Positions 26,791-42,150 of a stretch of 64,000 nucleotides of DNA are shown in pieces. The notes under the pieces are model-generated. The model was not told where the DNA came from and did no database searches. It saw only the letters and a list, made by a program, of their open reading frames with translations. A program made the position numbers and the translations under genes. Positions within the stretch are counted from its first letter, which is position 1. Each line of letters begins with the position of its first letter. Source of the stretch: Octopus vulgaris. Lineage: Eukaryota. The stretch spans positions 46,996,001-47,060,000 of the forward strand of contig OX597835.1 of NCBI GenBank assembly GCA_951406725.2. Direction: 5' to 3'.

Positions 26791-26848
26791 ACTGTTGCTG
26801 CTGTTACTGCTGCTGCTGCTCCTGCCACTACTGCCACTACTACTACTG

Positions 26849-26897
<49 letters not shown>

Positions 26898-27010
26898 CAC
26901 TACTGCTGCTGCTGCTGTTGCAGCAACAACAACAATAGCAATAAAAGCAAATACAACATCCATACCAGCAATGGCAACAACAACAACAACAAGAACAACA
27001 ACAACAAGCA
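26540..27010. repeat. compound (CAA)/(CTA)/(CTG) trinucleotide microsatellite
   Basis: Directly visible. Confidence 0.97.
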
Positions 27011-27270
27011 GTATGTAAAGAGAGATTCTTAACACCAGGAATAGTTAAAGGTAAGAATTTGTTTATCAAATAAAATATAAAAGAAGAATAACGTATAAAA
27101 CAACAAAACAATACAAAAAGAAAAGGAAGAATAAAAGATTAAAATCAAAGAGAAATAAAGAAAAAAAAAAGCAAAAAACAAACAATCACTTTTTATTTGC
27201 TTCAATCGTTTTCAAACTGTTTTCTGCATAAAACGTTGGCACCTTTTGTCTGACTTCTGTTTTGTATGCA

Positions 27271-27321
<51 letters not shown>

Positions 27322-27588
27322 AGTGTGTGTGTGTAATGTGTGTGTGTGTATGTGTGTGTGTAATGTGTGTGTAATGTGTGTGTATGTGAGTGTGTGTGTG
27401 TAATGTGTGTGTGTATGTGTGTGTGTGTGTGTAATGTGTGTGTGTGTATGTGTGTGTGTGTGAGTGTGTGTGTGTAATGTGTGTGTGTATGTGTGTGTAT
27501 GTGAGTGTGTGTGTAATGTGTGTGTGTGTGTGTGTGTAAGGTGTGAATGTGTATATTTGTGTCTGGACCTATACACATTATACATATA

Positions 27589-27622
<34 letters not shown>

Positions 27623-27635
27623 CATATATACATAT

Positions 27636-27895
<260 letters not shown>

Positions 27896-27909
27896 TTATA
27901 CATATATCT

Positions 27910-28175
27910 TTTATCTTTTGCTTGTTTCAGTCATTTGACTGCGGTCATGCTGCAGCACTGCCTTGCAGAATCTTCCTGACTCAGACGAATCGACCCCAGT
28001 ACGTCTTATCTCTTCCTTTTATTTCCAAGCCTGCTACTTATTCTATCTGTCTGTTTTGCCGAACCACTAAGTTACGGAGTTGTAAACACACCAACGCCGG
28101 GTGTCAAAAGGTGGCGGAGGACAAACAGACACAAAGACACAAATACATACATACATCTGAGTGTGTGTGTGTATA

Positions 28176-28228
<53 letters not shown>

Positions 28229-28441
28229 GATGGGCTTCTTTCAGTTTCCGTCTACCAGATACACTCAGAAGGCTTTGGTTGGCCCGAGGTTATAGTAGAA
28301 GACTAAGCAGTTGCTTCCCAACCACATGGTTCTGAGTTCAGTCCCACTGCATGGCACCTTGGGTAAGTGTCTTCCACTATAGCCACGGGTCGACCGAAGC
28401 CTTGTGAGTGGATTTGGTAAACGGAAACTGAAAGAAGCTCG

Positions 28442-28503
<62 letters not shown>

Positions 28504-28745
28504 GCATGTATGTATATGTATCTATGTATATATGTAGATATATACATATATATATATATGCATATACGTATGCATGTATGTATGTATTTGTGTCTGTGTT
28601 TGTTCCCCCCCACCATTGCTTGTCACCGATGTTTGTGTGTTCACGTCTCCGTTAAAATAAGTACTAGCTTTACAAAGAATAAGTCCTGTGGTCGATTTGT
28701 TCAAGAAAAGTCGGTGCTCCAGCAAGGCCACAAATAAAAGAAGAA
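27910..28745. mobile_element. two SINE family B copies head-to-head (minus ~27910-28300, plus ~28305-28745)
   Basis: Family B blocks appear first in reverse and then in forward orientation, with both heads truncated at the junction near 28300. Confidence 0.8.
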
Positions 28746-28999
28746 AAGAATACATATGTATACACACACACACACGCATATGGCAAAGCATGCACATATG
28801 CAAACATAAGTATTGTCCAGTGGTTTTTACAGCGGGGTCCCTATGGCCCTTTGGGATCCGTATGAGATTTTGGGCAACCAACTGATCCTAGCCCTACAAT
28901 TAACAAGATATTTCAACAAATTTTGTTAACAATTATAATATTTAATTAGAAAAATATAATTGGGTTTTTGGTCACTTGAACATATGGAGGGTCAGTGTA

Positions 29000-29030
<31 letters not shown>

Positions 29031-29455
29031 TAATGTGTTTGTGTGTGTTTGTGTTTGTGTGTGTGTGTCTGGAATGATCTTAAGTTTAACTATGCGGTAG
29101 CGTCACGCCCTTACGCCACGGTCACATGACTGGTATGGAGCAAGGCGAGTGTAGGGAGACGGGTGGTGGAGCGGAGAGGGGTGCGTGAAAAAAGGTCACG
29201 TGGGTGACATTGCGGGCATTCCTTGCGAGGGATCCTTTCGTCACTAGTTGTTTACCTGTCTCTCTAGATTGAATTCCAAACGGTTCAAAGGCAGACAGAC
29301 AGGCTAATCGAAGGACTTGGATGACAGGTCGGTGATTAGTGATGGCGTAAAAGAAGAAGTAGGGTTGGAGAGGGGGTGAGTATACGTTAGTGCGAGAAGG
29401 AGAGAAGAAAAGAGAGAGTGGTGAATGAATGACAGGTACGAAGAAGAATCAGAAC

Positions 29456-29504
<49 letters not shown>

Positions 29505-29589
29505 GAGACAGATAAAGCGGGAACGAGGGAAAGAGGTATACATATATACATACACACACACATGTATATATATGTATATATATATGTAT

Positions 29590-29723
<134 letters not shown>

Positions 29724-29763
29724 TAATAATAATAACAATAATAATAATAATAATAATAATAAC

Positions 29764-29828
<65 letters not shown>

Positions 29829-29830
29829 TG

Positions 29831-29891
<61 letters not shown>

Positions 29892-29904
29892 TAATAATAA
29901 TAAC

Positions 29905-29963
<59 letters not shown>

Positions 29964-30119
29964 TAAGATATGGATAAAACATCACTCGACTACGAAACGT
30001 AAATTATGAAGTTTTATTGGCGCTAAAACAGCGGATCACTTCCGTGAAACTTTCAGTTGCAGTTTACGAAATTATTCAACTTCAGTGAAACACGTCTCTA
30101 ATAATTGAGCTTCACTTAC

Positions 30120-30206
30120 CGATTCTTGAGTGGAGGCTGTTACAGCTATGTTCATATTCTGTGACTGAATCAACCGCTGGCGAACATTTCGTTAGAACCA
30201 GTCGGT
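30120..30206 (-). other. candidate upstream exon (5' UTR or N-terminal coding) of the tll transcript
   Basis: Strong acceptor TTACTTCTCTCTTCCTTCCAG and donor TCG|GTAAGT enclose 87 nt. One open frame (xRLVLTKCSPAVDSVTEYEHSCNSLHSRI-G) is phase 1/1 and joins the 17568 exon in frame. No homology recognised. Confidence 0.35.
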
Positions 30207-30286
30207 CTGGAAGGAAGAGAGAAGTAATAACAAGAAATTATTAAACTTCAACAAACAATAATAACAACAACAACAACAGCAGCAGC

Positions 30287-30376
<90 letters not shown>

Positions 30377-30391
30377 TATGATAATAATAAT

Positions 30392-31112
30392 TGTCCCAAA
30401 TTTTGCCACAAGGGCAGCCATTTTGGGGGAAGGAATGAGTCGATTACAACTGACACTTGTTTTATCGAACCCGAAAAGGCGAAGTGGACCTCCGCGAGAT
30501 TTGAACTCAGAACGTAAAGACCGACGAAATGCCTATAACCATTTTGGCTGTCGTGCAAACTATTTTGCCAGCTCGCTGCCTTACCAACTATGATAATAAT
30601 AAAAATAATGGTTTCAATTTTTCCGCAAGGACAGCCATTTTGGGGGAGGAAAGGAGTCGATTACATCGACCCCAGTGTTCAACTGGTACTTGCTTTATCG
30701 AATCCGAAAGGATGAAAGGCAAAGTCGACCTCGGCGGAATTTGAACTCAGAACGCAGCGACGGGCAAAATACCTATTTCTTTACTACCCACAAGGGGCTA
30801 AACACAGAGGGGACAAACAAGGACAGAAACATTGATGAAGTCGATTATATCGACCCCAGTGAGTAACTGGTACTTATTTAATCGACCCCGAAAGGATGAA
30901 AGGCAAAGTCGACCTCGGCGGAATTTGAACTCAGAACGTAACGCGCAGATGAAATACGGCTACGCATTTCGCCCGGCGTGCTAACGATTCTGCCAGCTCG
31001 CCGCCTTAACAATGGCAATAATAATAATAATAACAATAATAATAATGGGCTCAAATGTTGGTAGATGGCCAGCAATTTGGGGGAGGGGGGTAAATGGATT
31101 ACATCGACCCCC
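30392..31112 (-). mobile_element. cluster of about four SINE family A copies/fragments
   Basis: Repeated blocks ATCGACCCCGAAAGGATGAAAGGCAAAGTCGACCTCGGCGGAATTTGAACTCAGAACG separated by (AAT)n. Confidence 0.85.
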
Positions 31113-31187
31113 AGTCGACGTAGACGTTAAGGAGTGTGTGAAAGGGTGAGAGTAAGAGAGATCCATTACATTTTGATATAAAACAAA

Positions 31188-31232
<45 letters not shown>

Positions 31233-32950
31233 AAAGAGAGAGAGAGAGAATGATTTGAGTAAAACAGAAATCTTTCTCTAAACGGTCAAGAAAGCAATAA
31301 TGTAGTTCACTCTTGATTGGTTGAGGAGTTTCAAAAGAACAAACATCATTCACGTGCTATTCAAAATCAGAGTTAGAAAGTAATGGAACATAGCCAGATA
31401 TTGGTTCCAAATTTTGGGACAAAGACAGCAATTTCTGGAGATGGGGTTAATATCGACCCCATTTCTCGACTGGTACTTATTTTATAAATCCCAAAAGGAT
31501 GAAAGGTAAAGTCGACTTCGGTGGTATTTGAGCTCAGAACGTAAAGACAGATGAAATACCGCTAAGCATTTTGCCCGACGTGCTACCGATTCTGCCAGCA
31601 GTTCGCCTTAAAGCATAGCTAAATACTATAATCTTATCACATGATCTTCTCTCTCACGGACATCTTTTTCTATTTCCGTCAGACATAATCTAAAATGTAA
31701 GAGTTGTTGCGCTCTGAATACTAAACAACTCGCTTTTGCTAATGATTGTTATCCGAGGAACTTCAAGAAATTTGGCCCGGATCATTAATATAGGTCAGCT
31801 CTTTCACACAAATAAACATTGGGTTTGTGTATATGTGTGTGTGTGTGCGCGCGCGTGTGTGTGTGTGTACATATATGTAATATATGTATAACACACACGC
31901 ACACATCCACACACACACATACACACACACTCACAAACACACACACATTCACATGTATATATATATATGTCTGTGTGTGTGTGTCTGTGTTCTCCGCCAC
32001 TGTTTGACAACCTGTGTTGGTTTGTTTACATCCCCGTAACTTAGTAGCTTGGCAAAAAGAGGTCAATAGAATATGCACCAGACTTTAAAAAAGGTAAGTC
32101 CTATTGGTCGATTTGTTCGACTAAAACCCCCAAATGCGGTGCTCCAGCATGGCAGCAGTAAACTGATTTAATCAAGTAAAAGATAAAAGATACATATATA
32201 TATATTCATTTATATATATTTCTTTATTGCCCACAGAGGGGCTTAAACATAAAGGGGACAAACAACGACAGACAAAGGGGTTAAGTCGATCACATCGACT
32301 CCAGTGCGTAACTGGTAATTATTTAATCGACTCCGAAATGATGAAAGGTAATGTCGACCTAGGCGGGAATTTGAACTTAACACGTAATGGCAGACGAAAT
32401 ACCGCTAAACATTTCGCCTGGCGTGCTAACGATTCTGCCAGCTCGCCGCTTTTCCTTTATCCATTTAAATCATGTTGTGTGTTGGGAGGATCATTACAAA
32501 TCGATTGTTTGTTTAATGCGCTGGTTAAAAAGAATCAATCGGTCGTTTGTTTGTCAAAGCCTTTTTGTCGTCGTTATCCGAGTCTCATCAATGACATGTC
32601 TCTTCACTTTGAATGTTTAATCTGCGCATTAAACCAAACGATCGGTTAGAAAGCTGGTTAGATATTTAACCAATTGACTAAACAACAAAGAAGCGATACT
32701 GAACCCAGGGCGTGTGTGAATGCTTGTATGTATGTATGTATGTATGTATGTATGTATGTATGTATGTATGTATGTATGTATATTGAATTATTGCTTAAGC
32801 ACTATAACCGTCGAAACATCTGTAAAACTTTGATTGGGGGAATAAAATTCTGAGACATCCGTAGAATCGTTGTTTATATCTATCTATCTTTGTATGTGCA
32901 TATATATATATATATACACACAAATATGTGTGTGTATGTATATATACACA

Positions 32951-32995
<45 letters not shown>

Positions 32996-33116
32996 GTATA
33001 CACATACATACAAACATACATATAAAAAGCATGTATGTACGTTAATGTATATATATGTGTGTATGTGTGTATAATATATGTGTTTGTGTGTATGTGTGTG
33101 TTTGTGCATATATATA

Positions 33117-33221
<105 letters not shown>

Positions 33222-34007
33222 GTGCGCGCTAACAAACACAATACCAAGATTTATACATGCTGTTCATATTTTTGTTATTGTTGTTGCTCAGCCCTTGATC
33301 AGCCTTCCGCAGTCAGACCTATAATCAAACGCATTCCATCCACGACCATCCTGTCTTCGCACATTTTCCAACGGCTCCTTCCCTAAGGTAGTGCGGTATG
33401 GTTTAACGTAGTAAAAATGTATTGTCCAGGTCTGCCATCATCACGGAAACCCCTGCTCAAATCTCTTCCATCGTCCCTTATATTTTTCCTTATATTTTCT
33501 CAGAGACAGTGTTTGATTTGAAGCGGGATTTGGCCCTTGTTTCTAGCAGATCTAACTGCCGTGTAGAAACGCTCTGGCCGCGGCACACTTCCACGTGATT
33601 TCCTCCTTGACGAAGCTGGTAGGTGATGTGACATATGTAAGCAGAAGTGGTTTGTCTTCTCTCTCTTTAAAACTGAAGTAGGGGACAACAGAAGATGGGG
33701 TACGGTGCAAGCAGGGGGGAGTGCAGACTGTGTACAAGCCCTGCCAAATGTCTGGTCCATATGGTAGCGAAATCTGGAGACGGTGATGGTGGTAATGTTT
33801 ACAGTGGCGGCGGTGGAGGTGGCGCAGTTGATGGAGCTACTGCTGCTGGTGGTGGTGGGGGTTAAAGAATGGGAACGATGAGGTCTGTAACTCTGGAGCT
33901 GGTGTTATTGTACGGGGCTTTTGTTGATGTCGACTTGTATGTAGATAAATAGACAGACAGACAGACAGACAGGTAGATAGATAGATGGATAGATAGATAG
34001 ATAGATA

Positions 34008-34081
<74 letters not shown>

Positions 34082-34084
34082 GAC

Positions 34085-34164
<80 letters not shown>

Positions 34165-34272
34165 TGATAGATAGATAGGCAGAAAGACAGACCGATAAAT
34201 GAAGAAACAGATGTGTTAGTTTGTTCACATATGAATACAAGCATACAAACATTACATATATATATACATACA

Positions 34273-34306
<34 letters not shown>

Positions 34307-35468
34307 CACACACGTACACGCACGCACACACTTTCATGCATGCATACATACATACACGCTTGTGTGTATTTGTATGATTAGGGTTAAAGGTTTGTGGCAG
34401 AAGGTAAAGTATATAACAAAACAAAGAATGACGGAGTCGGGATTGAAAAGTGAAGACGACGACAAGAGGACAATAATGGATTGTCATGATCGTCTGCCTC
34501 AGTGAAATTTTACATCGGACAAGTTGTTCGTGAAAGGAGGAGAGGGTGCAATGAGATACGCGTTGTATTTATAGCAGGGTCTCGTTACAATTTCATTATA
34601 TTCTTATATTAGCAAATTATGGTGGCAATTTATAACTCATTAAGTTATAATTATTGATTTCATCACACGTAATCACACGTAGTCTCCATTATTGACATGT
34701 TGGTATTGTGGCTGAATAGCCTTAGGCCTGTCCTACCAACCTGTCTGAGACCTCTTCCATTTCTCTGGTTCAACTTCCCTGTTTTAGAATGATCAAAATT
34801 AAAACTTTCCTTCAAAATTCCACGTTAGTTTATGTTCCAAAGACCAGTTTAATATTCTTCCCCTTAATACCATGATGCATTAATATATCAGGAAGAGAGC
34901 CTCACTAGCAGATTGTGAAGATGTTATGGAGAGTATTTTAATTTGCGTCTTTAGATTTAGACGAGTTTCGTTAATTTCATATCACGTGCCATTTCTTCAT
35001 GATCCTCTTTTATTTAACCTAGATATTTTCAATTTTTGTTGCATCTCTGATCTTTCTGATGTCTAGGGATGGGTAACATATGGGTAACATATGCATGAGC
35101 CTTTTTTAAAATGCAATTCTGGAGATTTACCTTAATTTTTCCTACTCATTTTGTCCCATCTTAATTTGTCTTTCGTACGCTCAAAGAGAGAGAGAAATAA
35201 TCTTTTGAAATAGAGTTCTGAATATGTTTTAGTATTTTGAATGCTTTTAGAAAAGGTCATTTGTTTAGCTGATAAAGTTTCTTTAAAGGCGTGAACATTC
35301 GTAACATATTAATTCTTTTCTCAAAATCAAAAGTCCAATAAATATTGTTCGTTGTATTCCCAACAGGCCTTACTAAAAAAAAAAAAACAAGAATCCAGGG
35401 TCAGTTTTCTGATGATCGGAAACGAGCAACCCTGAGCACAGGAAATCGGAGCTTTTCAATTATAATGT

Positions 35469-35508
<40 letters not shown>

Positions 35509-35570
35509 TGTGTGTGTGTGTCTGTGAGAATGTGTGTGAGTGTGTGCGTGTATATATATTTATATATATA

Positions 35571-35733
35571 GACGCAGGAGTGGCTGTGTGGTAAGTTGCT
35601 TGCTTACCAATCACATGGTTTCAGGTTCAGTCCCACTACGTGGCATCGTGGGTAAGTGTCTTCCTCTATAGCCTCAGGCCGACCAAAGCTTTGTGAGTGG
35701 ATTTGGAAGACGGTAACTGAAAGAAACCTGTCG

Positions 35734-35809
<76 letters not shown>

Positions 35810-36003
35810 CATCTGTGTGTATGTGTATATGCTTGTGCATTTGTGCTTTCCTACACCATCGCTTGTCAAGTGATGTTCTTGTGTTTAAGTCAACATAACT
35901 TATCAGTTCGGCAAAAGCAACCAATAGAATAAATACCAGACTTACAAAGGATAAGTCCTGGGGTCGATTTGTTGGCAGTCAAAGGACTGAAAGAAATAAA
36001 AGA
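35571..36003 (+). mobile_element. SINE family B
   Basis: GACGCAGGAGTGGCTGTGTGGTAAG...GGTTCAGTCCCACT head with the standard body. Confidence 0.85.
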
Positions 36004-36030
36004 ATCTATCTATCTATCTATCTATCTATC

Positions 36031-36066
<36 letters not shown>

Positions 36067-36102
36067 CATACATACATACATACATACACACGCACACACA
36101 CA

Positions 36103-36182
<80 letters not shown>

Positions 36183-36450
36183 GACATGCACATATATGAA
36201 CCTACATTCATATACTCATACTTTCGTAGGTAGGCGTATTTGTGTAAAATTTTGCCAAAATAGAACAAACTGAGTCGGCGCAAGTTCTTCATTTGCAGTC
36301 GTCAAATGAGTAATAACCATCACAGAGTGGCACTCTTCGAAATGTCACCTTCATTACACAATGGAAGTGCATTGTTTAACTTTCTCTGACTCTCGGGTAA
36401 ACATTGCCAAGACGACAGTTATACGTACACGCACAAATATGTATATGTAT

Positions 36451-36514
<64 letters not shown>

Positions 36515-36560
36515 TTAAACGTATGTTTCATAGGAACAATTATGTATATGTATTTATGGA

Positions 36561-36667
<107 letters not shown>

Positions 36668-36719
36668 GTGTGTGTGTGCGTATGCATGGGTGTATGTACG
36701 CATATATGTATATACATTT

Positions 36720-36768
<49 letters not shown>

Positions 36769-36832
36769 AATATATGTGTACATATATAATAGCAATCATG
36801 CACACATATATAGATGCATACGTATACACATA

Positions 36833-36878
<46 letters not shown>

Positions 36879-37027
36879 CTAAACTTAGAAATATATATGT
36901 GTGTACATACATAAAACATTCATACACACATACACACACATACGTACGTACATACATATATGCATACATATATATATATACATATATACATATATATGCA
37001 TATATATATATATATACACACACACAC

Positions 37028-37078
<51 letters not shown>

Positions 37079-37100
37079 CATATATTTGTCTATCTATCTA

Positions 37101-37154
<54 letters not shown>

Positions 37155-37399
37155 GTCCTGCAAATTATATTCATCTGGACGGTCACACCGATGATCTACA
37201 GACGTTTATGTAAGTAATATTACGTAATATGTTAATAGTGAAACATGTATGCGAATAATCCATATTTTTCATTGCTTTTTCTTTTGTCTTGCTCGATTAC
37301 GTTTTGGTTGTTTTGCTAAATTTTTCTTGAGAACATTTCTTAGTGGTAAGACCATAGCGGATCTATTTCTAGCATAAGGGTGTCCACATAGTGGTTTAC

Positions 37400-37483
<84 letters not shown>

Positions 37484-37691
37484 TATATTTGGACTCTGGT
37501 TTTTACAACAACACTGGCACCTCGTCCTCCCTCAATTTTGGATTTGCCATTTTATCGGATTTTGCTTGCTGGCTGCTTACATTATTGTTGTTACTATTTA
37601 TTTTGTTAATAATAATAATAATAATAATAATCAATAACAATAGCTATATAAATATTTTTGGGAAAATTTATTTACTTATGAATAAATATGA

Positions 37692-37743
<52 letters not shown>

Positions 37744-38080
37744 TGCATTAACCTTATATTCTTTTATTTGTTTCAGTAATTTGACTGCGGCCATGCTGGA
37801 GCACCGCCATTAGTTGAGCAAATCGAGCCCAGGACTTATTCTTTGTAAGTTTAGTACTTATTCTTTGTATCTCTTTTGCCGAACCCCTAACTTACGGGGA
37901 CGTAAACATACCACCATCGGTTGTCAAGTGATGTTGGAAAGGACGAACACACATACACACACACACACAAACGCATACATACATACATACATACATACAT
38001 ACATACATACATACATGCATACATACATACATACATACATACACACATACACACACACGCACACACACACACATATATAA

Positions 38081-38169
<89 letters not shown>

Positions 38170-38172
38170 TAA

Positions 38173-38272
<100 letters not shown>

Positions 38273-39252
38273 ATTGTTAAATAGGTAGATAGATCAGAGA
38301 TCGATAATAAAAATCGCGAGATCTTTTATTCAATTCCACAAGAATTGGTTCTCCTCCTTCCAAAATCTAAAAAGCTGATGCCTTTTCTCAGTTGTCACGA
38401 GTTTTTATGCGAACTACTAGAAAGCATAAATTGCCAAGATTTACATTTGTTATAGAAGTCAAAAAGGAGAGCAGAAAAGGCAGGATACATGCTTAAAAAG
38501 TCACCTGAGGAGATGCAATCTGTACCTGTAATGCAAGACAATTGATTGTACAACATCTCACCTGTGAGATACAGGGACAGAGTAAATCGAAACAATTCTA
38601 GATGATTTGAATAAGAAATGTGAATTCCATTTTGTGTCTCTCTTAACATAAATTTTACCAACACTAAAGACGTTCCTGAAATAAATGCAGTAGTATATGC
38701 ATTCCTACGATTGTTGACATCAGGTAGCCAAAAACTGTGGACGAGCTTTATACCGCATCATACAAGGTCTCTACTCGAATACACACACACACGCGCGCGC
38801 ACACGCACATACAAATATATATATATACATATAATTTGCTTTGCGGGAAGGACTGTTTCACTGAAGTTGTGTCTCGCCTTTACCTTCGAAACACGGAGTA
38901 GACGAAACGGATGTGACTGAAGAAGGGGAATTTTCCTTCTGTTGTATGTCTTGTACCCTGTTTTTTCGTTGTTTAAAAAAATGTCCGTTTCCATGGTTCT
39001 GTTTTTATGTTTTCGTTTCTAATTGTATTCGACGTTTTTTTGGTGTCCTGTACCCATATATGCATGTATATATACATATAGATGTAGGTACGTACATATA
39101 TGATTGTATATATGCATATGTTTTATTTATTATTTTGTTATTATATGAACGAACACCACGCATCCACTTCCAAATAAGTTTTATCTTAATAATTATGATG
39201 CGCACACTTAACCTTCCTGTCTCTCTATTTTTATAACCTTACTGTAAGTTTT

Positions 39253-39318
<66 letters not shown>

Positions 39319-39344
39319 GTACATGCACATACACGCACATAAAA

Positions 39345-39417
<73 letters not shown>

Positions 39418-39888
39418 CATACATACACACAAATACAAACCCAAAAAATATGTATTTGTAATTTGAATGCATATATATATGTATGTATGTGTGTGTATAT
39501 ATATATACATACACACACATATATACATAAAGGAATATATATATATATATACATGTGTGTGTGTGTGTGTACACACAAACATATATATATATATACATAT
39601 ATATGCATATATACACATATATAAATTTGTATGTGCACATATATGTGCCTGATATTATATGTACTAACACACACACACTCACACATACAGAGGCACATAC
39701 ATATATACACACACATACACACACAAATACTATATATAAATACGAGTTAATAGGTTCATATATAAATATGTATACAAGTCTCCAAATGTATTATTAATCG
39801 TGATTAAGATTTAGCATGAATCCAAACACCACGTGTTTGATTACATCATCATAATTTACGTATTTGCTTTGGGTTTTTTTTATTGCAG

Positions 39889-40555
<667 letters not shown>

Positions 40556-40716
40556 CAATATTGCTGGTGTGGTAAGAAATAATTAGATGTGTGTTTGTCT
40601 CCAGTGGCAAAGACGCCGGCAGGAAGTGAACCCTTTACAACAACTCTCATCAGACACGACATGGCTCATTTAGCAAGAAATCGAGAAATTACGATGCGAA
40701 GAGTATGCGTGTGCGT

Positions 40717-40765
<49 letters not shown>

Positions 40766-41771
40766 GGGGGAGCGGCTGCAGGGGAGAGGGACAGACATGG
40801 AGAGAAAGCATGTGACACAGCGCCAACGCTTACATGTATATATCCACAGACACACGCACACACAAGCGTATATAAGCCAACACACATACACTCCTAGAAA
40901 CACACAAACACATATACACACACACAAGGGTATATACGCCAACACACACACAAGCGTATATACGCCAACACATACACACACACACACACGCAGACGCACA
41001 CGCACGCGGGCATGCATGTAGGAATGGTTGAAAGGAAAGAGCAGAACGTGATGTCAACCATTGTTGTTATGATAGACCGGCAAATACACCAACCAACAGA
41101 CTGACCGTCCAACCAGCCAACCAGCCAGCCAGTTAATGAACTAACCATCCACTCCGTAACCGCGTCGTTGTGGGTTCGATCACACTATGCGTCGTAGTGT
41201 GTAAATGTCATCTGATCTGGTTTCAGATTGAATAATGTCTTGTGGGAAGAAATTGGTAAATGAACGGTGTATGTATGCATGTACGGATGTATGTATGTAT
41301 GTATGTATGTATGTATGTATGTATGTATGTATGTATGTATGTATGTACGTACGTACGTATGTATCTATGTGTACAAGTATGTGTTTGCATATATGCGTGC
41401 GTGTGTGCAGGCGCGCATTTTCTACTTTTTTTTTGTGGGGGTGCTTATATGCCCCAATATTAGACTATGTAAAGGGCGGTGAGCTGGCAGAATGGTTAGC
41501 ACGCCGGGTGAAATACTTGGCGGTGTTTCGTCTGCCGTTACGTTCTGAGTTCAAAATCCGCCGAGATCGATTAAATAAGTACCATTTACGCACTGGGGTC
41601 GATGTAATCAACTTAATCTAATTTTCTGTCGTTATTTGTCCCCTCTATGTTTAGCTCCCTGTCGGCAATAAAGAAATAAATATTAGACTATTTACGTTAA
41701 TCAATGCACGTTAATTGCTTAGAAGCTTTAAGCCTGTAAATATTTTATACACACATACACACACACACACA

Positions 41772-41815
<44 letters not shown>

Positions 41816-41817
<2 letters not shown>

Positions 41818-42150
41818 CATAATTAAATCTCAGAATGAGATTGAAACAGTAATCGCTCGATAATGTAAAGTATAGAAGCCATCTTATCATGGCTAACCAC
41901 TTTGGGGAGGGGATGTTACTGTAGCTTTATAGCCCCAAGAGATCGTCGTCTCTAGCTGGCTTTACACACAATATCAGTGCCCTTGGAGTATTTGCGAGGA
42001 AGGGATGGCCTCCCTTTGCAAATACTCCAAGGGCACCGATATTGTGTCTAAAGCCTGCTAGAGACGACGATCTCTTGGGGCTATAAAGCTACAGTAACAT
42101 CCCCTCCCCAAAGTGGTTAGCCATGATAAGATGGCTTCTATACTTTACAT
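41816..42150. mobile_element. fold-back element with 133-bp arms, Penelope-like inverted pLTR candidate
   Basis: Arms 41863-41995 and 42018-42150 with 3 mismatches. The left arm extends ~47 nt to the (TA)n flank. Related single arms at ~5960-6113, ~8829-8875 and ~9186-9250. Confidence 0.75.

Noticed and set aside
35571-35650. tRNA genes at SINE heads
   Set aside because: A/B boxes are present but there is no complete cloverleaf, and each head is followed by a multicopy SINE body.
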